64,000 nt of DNA, from NCBI GenBank assembly GCA_951406725.2, contig OX597818.1:58838001-58902000 (forward strand). Reading direction: 5' to 3'. How positions within the stretch are numbered: the stretch's first letter is position 1; every line of letters starts with the position of its first letter. The stretch is from Octopus vulgaris. Its lineage: Eukaryota. Both the position numbers and the translations under genes were made by a program. Below are positions 53,616-64,000 of the stretch, in pieces. The notes below the pieces were generated by a model. It ran no database searches. It saw only the letters and a program-made list of their open reading frames with translations, and was not told the DNA's origin.

Positions 53616-54021
53616 TACTCTTTTACTCTTTTACTTGTTTCAGTCATTTGACTGCGGCCATGCTGGAGCACCGCCTTTAGTCGAGCAACTCGACCCCGGG
53701 ACTTATTCTTTTTGTAAGCCCAGTACTTATTCTATCGGTCACTTTTTGCCGAACCGCTAAGTGACGGGGACGTAAACACACCAGCATCGGTTGTCAAGCA
53801 ATGCTAGGGGAACAAACACAGACACACAAACACACACACATACATATATATATATACATATATACAACAGGCTTCTTTCAGTTTCCATCTACCAAATCCA
53901 CTCACAAGGCATTGGTCGGCTCGGGGCTATAGCAGAAGACACTTGCCCAAGATGCCACGCAGTGGGATTGAACTCGGAACCATGTGGTTGGTTAGCAAGC
54001 TACTTACCACACAGCCACTCC
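53616..54021 (-). mobile_element. SINE family A
   Basis: Full-length match. Confidence 0.9.
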
Positions 54022-54550
54022 TATATATATATATATATAGATAGATATAGATATAGATATAAACATACATATATATATAAATATATTACAAATAAGAAAA
54101 TAGAGAAACAATTTAGTTTGTTCATCAACTTTAGGATATTAGAATGTTATGTATGTATTTATGTATGTATGCGTGTGCGTATATGTGTGTAAACAGACCC
54201 ATCGTAATTGTCATATCGATGGTGGAGACGAATCGCAGAGGTGTACAAACCCAACACACATCTACATACGCATATTCATCTATAGGTATATATCTAGGTA
54301 TATATATATTCATCTATATATATATATATATATATATACATACACATACATAAAAACTTACCTAAATACATATATAGATATGTATATATACATATGCACA
54401 CGCACATATATGTATACATTGACACAGATAATATAATATATATACATACATACATAATCAACTGACATAAATATATATATATATATATATATAGATATGT
54501 ATATATACTTATGCACACGCACATATATGTATACATTGATACAGATAATA

Positions 54551-54604
<54 letters not shown>

Positions 54605-55246
54605 TTATTTATAGATATATACATATAAGTTATAGACTAATATTCCAATGTGAATTAATATACACTATGAGAATAAAAAACACAAATATGTAAAGACACC
54701 AGTTTCCTAAATTTTTTATGGATATCTATCCTGAATGTAATTGTGTACATAAATCAGAATGTTTTTGTTAATTCTGAATATTTTCTCAAATCTTATTATT
54801 TGCTCACTTAGAAAAAAAAAGAAAAGAATGAAGCTATTTCACAATTCAAAATGCTGTATTCGTATATAAAAAAAAATGTTCATGATTCATAATGCACAAC
54901 TACTGTCATAGTTATGATAGACAAACTAACCACATATAACTGGGGAAACATTTAGGAAGCATTTTTAGAGAAAAAATGTACAAGTGATATTTATAACAGG
55001 TAGAATTCCCAAAGGAAGCAATACTGGAAAAATTCTATCAATGCAGAACACAAAAGTGATAAGGAGTTTGTTTTTTTAGGCTGTAAAAGTTATTATAATT
55101 CTAGATTATTCTAATCAATTCTTGTGTGTATAAAACTTCTGTACAAAACACAACACATCCTCTCTTCAAAAATTACTTTCTTTGAACCTAATTTCGTTCT
55201 GGTTTTGGCGAACTACTGTTCGGAACTCGGAGTAGGGACTTTGTTG

Positions 55247-55281
<35 letters not shown>

Positions 55282-55303
55282 CGTGTGTGTTTGTATTTAC
55301 GTA

Positions 55304-56548
55304 TTGGGTCATTCCATAAATAAACGCACTTTTCAATTGCATGGACAGGTAGGACAAACTACCTGCATCACCTTGCTATAAATTGCAAGTAGTATTATTA
55401 CTTTGTACTTATTCTTAGTGGAAGTTTTGAAGAGTGCAGTTCGATTTTAACAATTATTTTCCAAAGTTATAATGGAAGTGACAAAGGCGTATATACGGCA
55501 TATTTTCCTTTATGAGTTTAATAAAGGCAGCAACACAACGGGAATTGAGAGGAATATTAATGTTGTATATGGGGATCGGACAATAAGCATAAGCCAGTGT
55601 GAACGGTGGTTCCAGAAATCCCGAAACGAAAACTATAGGTTAGAAGAGGAATCTCGTACTGGAAGATCTGAAGAGCTCGACGAGGACGTCCTGCAAACCC
55701 TGCTAGAACAAAATTCCCTTGTAATTGTTGACGAACGTGCAGAGAAGCTAGGATTTGGCCACTCAACTAGTTATCTACACCATCGACAAATTCAGCAAAT
55801 TGGGTCAATGGTTCCCACACAAACTTTCCCAGTCTATTCGCGGGGAGAGAGTGAAATTGGGCCCTTCTTAGCTGTCACGTCACATGAATAGACTATAGGG
55901 ACAGTATAGGGAGTGGTGACGTGAAATAGGTTCCCTTTAAAAATGTTGAACACCGAAGTGAGTGTTTAGGGGAGGAGAAACACCGGCACCCCGGCCTAAA
56001 GAAAGTTTTCACCCAGGTAAGATGTTGTTAACTGTTTGGTGGAATATGAAAGGTTTAGTCCACTTTGAACTTTTAAACCCAAACGAAACGACAACAAAGG
56101 AGATTTACTGCGAGCATCTGGTGAGGGTTTGAGCCAATGCTAGAAGTAAAACGACCATCTTTGGTTTCAAGACAGAAGGTGTTCTTCCAACAAGATAATG
56201 CTCATCCGCTGTGAAGATGATATTCAAAAGGCTGGAGTAGTTTGAATGGAAAATGATGCCCCACACACCATATTCAGTGGACGTGCCCCATCTGATTATT
56301 ATTTATTCCATAGTCTTCAAAATCATTTGGACGGAAAAAATGTGAATTCTGTAGACGGGGTCAGAAAAAATACTGGAACAGTATTTTTTGTCATGGACAA
56401 GTGAATTTTGGAAGAGGGGCCTTCCAAGTCTGCTAGATAAATGGTAGAAAATGAAGGATATTATATTTTATATTAAAAAAGGAACTTTGTTTAACTTAAT
56501 TTTCGAAAATATATGTATAAAAAAGCTATTATTTATGGGATGGCCCAA
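55304..56548 (+). mobile_element. Full-length decayed mariner (DD34D) transposon
   Basis: TIR TTGGGTCATTCCATAAATAA / TTATTTATGGGATGGCCCAA with TA TSD; HTH region ORF 55472-55891, then WVP, VWWNMKG, QQDNAHP and PSDYYLFHSLQNHL, with frameshifts. Confidence 0.9.
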
Positions 56549-56789
56549 TATGTATCTACTTATGTATACATCGCAAAGTATGAATTACAAAATAGGCTAA
56601 AATATTTTCCAAATGCATTCAAAAACCAGCAAACGATTATCTGGTAGGTAACTCCGTACGCTGATTAGAGTGAATGCATTGATGTCCAGGTTTTATATAG
56701 CATGTACACGGTATATGAGTTAGATTTATACGTGTACTTTAATTTCGAGTGTAAATACATATAGATTTAAATATTTTTTGTTTATACAC

Positions 56790-56993
56790 CGCTTTCAAAT
56801 TTTGGCAGAGGGCCAGCAATTTTCGTAGGTGGGTGTTAAGTCGCTTATATTGCCCCCGGTGCTTATATATCGAACCCGAAAGGATGAATGTGGAAGACAA
56901 CCTCAGTGGAATTAGGACTCAGTGTTTGAAGACGGGCAAAATGCTGCTAAGCATATTTCTTGGCGTGCTAACCACTCTGCTTGCTCGCCACCC
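56790..56993 (-). mobile_element. SINE family B, old copy
   Basis: ATCGAACCCGAAAGGATGAA..CTCGCCACC. Confidence 0.65.
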
Positions 56994-58962
56994 TCGAAGT
57001 TTTATATATCACAATTTTACAATGGTGTGTATATTCATTCTTGGTAAATTTTGACAGATTTAAGCGTGTATCTGCTCATCGCTTTTGTATTTTGCCCTCT
57101 GGGAACAACTTCTGTCATGGATCTCTGAATATAGATCGCTGGTTTTTATAGAATTCGGCAAAGATCTTATTTATTTGCTGATGCATGCTGAAGTCTGCCA
57201 AGCCGTTAATAATATTTTCTGAGCCTGTTAATTTGCATGAACAAAATCAATGATATGCAAATTTATTCCTAAGATATTCCAACAAATTTTCAACATTTAT
57301 TAACCGAATGTTATAAGCTCATTCTTTTATCTTGGTTCTTATAAAATATTTCAGCCCTCAAAAGTTGCTGATATTCAAAAGTTTCAAATGGGTTTACATT
57401 GAAATATATCTGGAGAGGTTGATGCTGCTACGCACACTTACAACCTAGATCACACGCAGTAAATGACTACTAGTTTGATTGATAGTCCATCACAAACTGA
57501 CAGAATCCAGTCTCTAATCCAGAGGTGTGCACCCACCACTGTATTTTCTATCGTTTATAGAATGATTGAAGCAGGAAGATATTGTACTTCCATCACTAGG
57601 GGCATCCCTACATTTTCTTCTCTTCACCGTTTGTGCGTGCAGTCCACTTTACTTACACAAAGAAGCAGGTCCAATCTCTCAACCCAAGAAGGTTTGCCCT
57701 TTGGAAACTACTCACATCTTATTACTTCCTTGAATGTGTTGAAATTGCAACACCGTAAACGTAGCATTAATAACATCCATCTCACTACTCTCGAAGGGGA
57801 TACTAGGATCAGAGACCTGTTCTGTCTACAAACAGACGAAGACAACCAAAAACAGAAACAGCAGCAATTAGCACACGCCACGTGCTACTCTCGCCAAGAA
57901 AGAGAGTATTGAATACGTCGGTAGATTAACTACAATATCTATGAAATATTTTCCTTCACAGTTTATCTGGGTTTCTATCTCAATACGCTAATCCTGAGAT
58001 CAGCAACGGATGAGATCCGGAATTTAATTCATAAGTAACATAATAATTTATAAAAACAATAGTGAGTAAATATTTTGTGATTGTTTTAGCAATTTGATTT
58101 GTCAGCTTTTACGTGTAGCCATATGTTTGTGCATTTTTGTTGGTGCAATTTTGTGTGTGTATTTATGTGTGCAGAGAATAGATTTTGTAATTAAAAAGGA
58201 TATGCGTTAAAATCTTCGATTTGTATTTAAGAATATTAACAAGAAGACGTAATAAGGTTTCGTTGAAATTATTTTCGTTTATCAAATTACATCAAGTGAT
58301 GCATGGATTTCAGTTGAGACTGAGGCAAATTGTTTGTCAAGTAGCGCATTGTGAATTGTATGAGTGATGAGTGTTTATGAAAAGCGTGTGAGAAGTAGTA
58401 TTTGGGGTGTTCTTCACAGAAGAAATTGTTATGGTGTGGAAAGAATGTACAAAGAAAACACCACACCTAAAGAATCATAATGTATTAGTCACACGCAAAT
58501 AATCACACGTACAACGGCAGAAGCCAACTCGATACTTTAGTCAAGCAAATCATGATATGATACCATATATCTTATGATAGACTTTAGAGAAAGAAACGAC
58601 TTGTCTGAATCATTTTCTAAATTAAATAATATATCTGGAATAGCATATAGTTTAACACACTAAACGAAACAGATTCTCCTCGAATGTAGACAATAAAAGT
58701 GCAATTTCCATTGCGTTTAACCTTCTTTATCTTATTTTTGTCTTTTTCTTCTCCTAATCTGTCATGGCTTCCCGTTTGCAAGGACGCTGAAATCAATAAA
58801 GACAATTACAGTCCCAAACCTTACTCCTGAGAAACAATCATTATTACATGACCTCTCACACTCACCTTCTTTCACTATTTCTGAATCTTCCTCTCACTCA
58901 TCTATTCTCAATATAGGAACATATGAATGGATGTATGTATCTCTCTCCTCCCCTTCTCTCTG

Positions 58963-59253
<291 letters not shown>

Positions 59254-59344
59254 ATCCAAACAAGAAAACACAGACAAAAAGAGAAAAAATATATATATGT
59301 AGAAGGTTGAAAAGGAACACACGAGTTGATATATATGGAAAAAA

Positions 59345-59590
59345 GACAAGATAGAAAATGCTAAAATAATTTTATAAAACACATTTCAGTACCGGTTTCA
59401 GTCATTGAGACATTTTCAACTTTAAGTATGGAAAACAATTAAATTTAGAAAAAAAATCTTTATGTTTTTTAAAAAGAATATTTGTATAGTGTCCAAATAC
59501 AAGTGGGATTTTCCTTGTTTCTGCCCGTGTCTGTCTCTCTTGTTTATCTTGTGAGTTCGAGGTCATTGTCGTTCTTCTGTTTGGAGGTTT
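59345..59590 (-). mobile_element. Penelope pseudo-LTR-like fragment
   Basis: Homologue of 52407-52625; minus AG-TTGAAAA-tGTC-tcaat-GACt-GAAAC-CG-GTA-CT (59425-59384). Confidence 0.6.
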
Positions 59591-60049
59591 CTTGCCCCTA
59601 ACGTATCATGAATAATTGAGGCTATGTGGCTTTTGATCGCACTGAAAAGCTGTCATTTCTGTTGTTATAATTATGATGGGGGGAAAATGTCTTAGTGAAA
59701 TCGCATGACATAATTGAGAGAATATTCTTCGATACTGAAGCCCATGCAGGGAACTACTTTGGGCAGTCTTTGGTTTGTTAGTATTATGCCGAAATAGCAT
59801 CAATCTTCACCATTCACAAGCAACAGTGGATACCGGAGGGCATCATAGGAATGTAAGAGTCCAGGACTTGACGGGGTCCAAGCGTATTGGATAAATAAGA
59901 TGACAGGTTTCTAGGAAAGTATAGTACAGCTAAATAAGTACTTGCAGGAAGGCGGCTCAATACCCAGCTGGTCGCACAATTCACCCAGTAATTCCTAAAA
60001 TCCTCTCGTTAAACAATATTCTTTCTTTCCCTTTCTGGGACAAATGCAA

Positions 60050-60470
60050 ACAGACATTTCTGCTTCCCATTCTAGGAGCAGCCAACATATAATTCTCCGT
60101 GTGTGAAGCACCAATCTTCCTAGTGAAGTTATACCACAGTGAATGTTTGACCCTGGGATTTGTTGATAGATGCTGGGAAGCTGATGCGATTGGGAAATTG
60201 CAATCTTCTAAATAAAAAGTTAATTTCTGCCCCCCGATGGAATTAGAGTAATCCTGGGTGTGAAAACATCCTCGGCTTTTCTACATCCAGAATGGTGTCC
60301 TCAATAACGTCTTCTTTACCACCAGGCGTCCCCTGTTGCAAAATGTGGGTGGATCCGAGCTCCCCAATAACATTACCGGTGTTCCCACTTTAAGTTCCAA
60401 TCTGTGGTGAGGTAATCCTGGAGACTCCAACGAAGTGGGAAATTCGATTGGATAATTTACCAACTGCAGC
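60050..60470 (-). pseudogene. Helitron Pif1-like helicase relic
   Basis: YPIEFPTSLESPGLPHHRLELKVGTPVMLL..CNRGRLVVK and RLQFPNRISFPASINKSQGQT. Confidence 0.85.
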
Positions 60471-60541
60471 GTGGAAGGTGTTTATAAGCCATTGGAGAAA
60501 CACACAAAAACCGTTAGATTCACTTCAACATTTAATTATAA

Positions 60542-60931
60542 CTAGCAGTATCGCCCGGCGTTGCTCGGGTTTGTAAGGGAAATAACTATATAAGCATTTT
60601 TAGAGAGCAAAAAAATAGCAAAAAAATGCATTAAAAATGGAAAAGAAATTATGGTAAATATTTTTTAAAATCGTTGACTCATCGTAGACATTTTTAGAAA
60701 GTTACTTCCCTTATAAAATAGCGAAAAATGCATTAAAATGGCAAAAAATGATGGTAATTCTTTTTTAAATCGTAGACTCATCGTAGACGCGCGCTAATAC
60801 GCAGAAGGGCTCGATATGAATCACGACTATAAGATACCCGGTTTTGGTTAAACTGCACTGCAAAATGTGGGAGTAGTTAGGAATCCAAATCGTAGGAGAC
60901 AGACACACAACCTTACTTTTATATATAAAGA
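60542..60931 (-). mobile_element. Non-autonomous Helitron
   Basis: TC...hairpin...CTAG, A|T target; internal ~110-bp duplication. Confidence 0.88.
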
Positions 60932-61269
60932 TTTGCCAAAATATTTTCGTCGCTTTGTGACCGCGACCTGTTCATTGATAAAATTCCGTGCTGCATTTCT
61001 TGTAGATTTGGGATTGTATCAGATAGGCAACAGATTCTTATTAATTTTACTTACAGTGCTGGTTTTCTGGTGGAAGTATTTCACTTTCAAAATGCCACTT
61101 GAGATTGTGGTAAATTATCGATCAGTGGAGGATCTCTTCTTTGGAGGCATTATGTGAAGGTAGATGATGTAATAAAATAAGACGACAATTGGACGTTAAT
61201 TCTGAAATGTCAAGAGAAAAATTAAATAATACCAATATCTTAGCAGATTTTAAGAAATACAAACATGCT

Positions 61270-61498
61270 TCTTTACTACCCACAAGGGGCTAAACACAGA
61301 AGGGACAAACAAAGACAGACAAACGGATTAAGTCGATTATATCGGCCCCTCTGCGTAACTTGTACTTATTTAATCGACCCCGAAAGTATGAAAGGCAAAG
61401 GCGACCTCGGCGGAATTTGAACTCAGAACGTAGCGGCAGGCGAAATGCCACACAGCATTTCGCCCGGCGTGCTAACGTTTCTGCCAGCTCGCCACCTT
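61270..61498 (-). mobile_element. SINE family B
   Basis: Full-length; imperfect TSD ATTTTAAG(A/G)AATACA. Confidence 0.9.
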
Positions 61499-61664
61499 AT
61501 TTTAAGGAATACATACAGTGAACTGAAATGATACTGTCATGTTAATAATTAAATGTTAATTAAAAGCATTAATTAATTTCAATTTTTTAAAAAGGAGAAC
61601 ATATGTAAAGTATGTTCCCAGTTTGGACAAAATCAGGTGTGAACATCATAAGTTATGCGCGTTT

Positions 61665-61695
<31 letters not shown>

Positions 61696-61818
61696 CACAC
61701 ACAAACACACACTAACACACGCAAATACAAACACACACACACAACCTGACTTATATATATATAGTTATACTTAAATATACATACGCAAACACACGCATTG
61801 CCGTTCGCTTATAATACA

Positions 61819-62209
61819 CTAGCAGTATCGCCCGGCGTTGCTCGGGTTTGTAAGGGAAATAACTATGTAAGCATTTTTAGAGAGTTATAGCCACAAAATA
61901 GCAAAAAAATGCATTAAAAATGGAAAAAAAGTTATGGTAAATTTTTTTTAAATCGTTGACTCATTGTAGACATTTTTAGAGAGTTACTTCCCTTAATAGC
62001 GAAAATATGCATTAAAATGGAAAAAAATGATGGTAATTTTTTTTTAATCGTAGACTCATCGTAGACACGCGCTAATACCCAGAAGGGTTCAATATGAATC
62101 ACGACTATAAGATACCCGATTTTGGTTAAACTGTACCGCAAAATGTGTGAGTAGTTAGGAATCTAAATCGTAGGAGGCAGACACACAACTTGACTTTTAT
62201 ATATAAAGA
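61819..62209 (-). mobile_element. Non-autonomous Helitron
   Basis: Near-identical organisation to 60542-60931. Confidence 0.88.
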
Positions 62210-62528
62210 TTACAGTGTCGAACTTGCATCTCACTTGTTGAGCTAACAGATCTTTATAATGAATAGAAAGATTAATTTACTGCAACTTTCTCCAACTACC
62301 AAATGCACCTGTTTGATGCACCAGCTTCAGGATAAATTTAAGAACAAAGTTCCAACCAGCATCTGCACAACTTTGCAACAGTAATTTATTAACAAAGCTG
62401 TGTTGTTCTTCTCGTTCGTCTTTTGTCATGAGTCAGTATTTTCTAAGTGCTTCTATAACCACGACTATTGCAGAATATGTTGAATATATTCGTGTTCTGA
62501 CTAAACGATATAATTAAATAATAATATA

Positions 62529-62693
62529 GGCGCGGGAGTGGCTGTGTGGTAAGTAGCTTGCTTACTAACCACATGGTTTCGCGTTCAGTCCCACTGCGTG
62601 GCATCTTGGGCAAGTGTCTTCTGCTATAGCCCCGGGCGGACCAATGCCTTGTGAGTGGGTTTGGTACACAGAAACTGAAAGAAGCCTGTCGTA

Positions 62694-62752
<59 letters not shown>

Positions 62753-62963
62753 TTGTGTTTGTCCCCCTAGCATTGCTTGACAACCGATGCTGGTGTGTTT
62801 ACGTCCTCGTCACCTAGCGGTTCGGCAAAAAGAGACCGATAGAATAAGTACTGGGCTTACAAAGAATAAGTCCCGGGGTCGATTTGCTCGACTAAAGGTG
62901 GTGCTCCAGCATGGCAGCAGTCAAATGACTGAAGCAAGTAAAAGAGTAAAAAGAGTGAAAGAG
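62529..62963 (+). mobile_element. SINE family A
   Basis: Full-length match. Confidence 0.9.
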
Positions 62964-63258
62964 TCAATATACACATATATAAAATATTTACAATAAAGAA
63001 CACATCTGATGGGAATTAAATTGTGCTTTCAGTATACAGCGCAAAGAAGAAAGACGTATATAGATGTCTGATTTTATATACGTATGTGTATGCACGTCTA
63101 CAGTTGTGTCCATTTTTCGACTTCATGCATTAACAATTGGTAATGGCACAATTGACGATGGCATAATTGCTATCGCTATTTCCAAATCGTCTTGGTCAGA
63201 CTTCGAATTCTATATGAATGACAACACCTATAGAAATGAAATTATGTCTCCTAATAAA

Positions 63259-63332
63259 TTCTTCTTCTTCTTCTTCTTCTTCTTCTTCTTCTTCTTCTTC
63301 TTCTTCTTCTTCTTCTTCTTCTTCTTCTTCTT

Positions 63333-63419
<87 letters not shown>

Positions 63420-63572
63420 TGCATTATTTACATTATTTACATTAGACGGATGTTTGTCCTCATCTTGTTTGTTGTTAACACAATGTTTCGGCTGATATAT
63501 CCTCCAGCCTTCATCAGGTGTCTTGGGTTCTCATACCTAAGATATTTTTCGATGTTCTGGTTGTTGTTGTTG

Positions 63573-63634
<62 letters not shown>

Positions 63635-63830
63635 ATTATTATTACTATTAATATTATTATTATTACTTTTTATTATGATTATTATGATTATTATGATTAT
63701 TATTATTATTACTAACATCATCATTATCGTCTATGTTACTACAACTACTACAACTATTGCTACTACTACTGCTACTACTGCTGTTGCTGCAACTACTACT
63801 ACTGTTACTACTACTACTACTACCACTACA

Positions 63831-63862
<32 letters not shown>

Positions 63863-63934
63863 CACTACCACCACCACCACCACCATCACCACCACCACCA
63901 TCACCACCACCACCACCACCACTACCACCACCAA

Positions 63935-63996
<62 letters not shown>

Positions 63997-64000
63997 TTAA
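63259..64000. repeat. Compound trinucleotide microsatellites (TTC, TTA, TTG, ACT, ACC)
   Basis: Seen directly in the sequence. Confidence 0.95.
63417..63560 (-). mobile_element. Second copy of the hammerhead-bearing element body
   Basis: Matches 48421-48585; ACAC-CTGATGA-A-GGCTG-gaggatatat-CAGCC-GAAAC-ATT-GTGT (63521-63478). Confidence 0.7.

Overview
This is AT-rich, microsatellite-dense eukaryotic DNA with no host protein-coding exon that I can support. The repeat content resembles a cephalopod (Octopus-like) genome; that is my inference, not a database result. The window is almost entirely mobile-element debris: (i) three tRNA-headed SINE families (about 30 copies); (ii) R4/Dong-type restriction-like-endonuclease (RLE) LINE pieces sitting in (TAA)n tracts; (iii) a Penelope GIY-YIG fragment plus several fold-back, pseudo-LTR-like elements in (TA)n tracts; (iv) a complete but decayed Chapaev3-like transposon, two mariner relics, four non-autonomous Helitrons and a Pif1 helicase relic; (v) CR1-like LINE ends and an ORF1-only LINE-like element. 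The most notable unexplained signals are a dozen minimal hammerhead-ribozyme-like motifs, several with altered 3-8 core pairs and one inside a tRNA-headed SINE-like unit, and a 1.5-kb GC-rich higher-order tandem array bracketed by a ~530-bp direct duplication. Most ORF-track entries are microsatellite or repeat artefacts.
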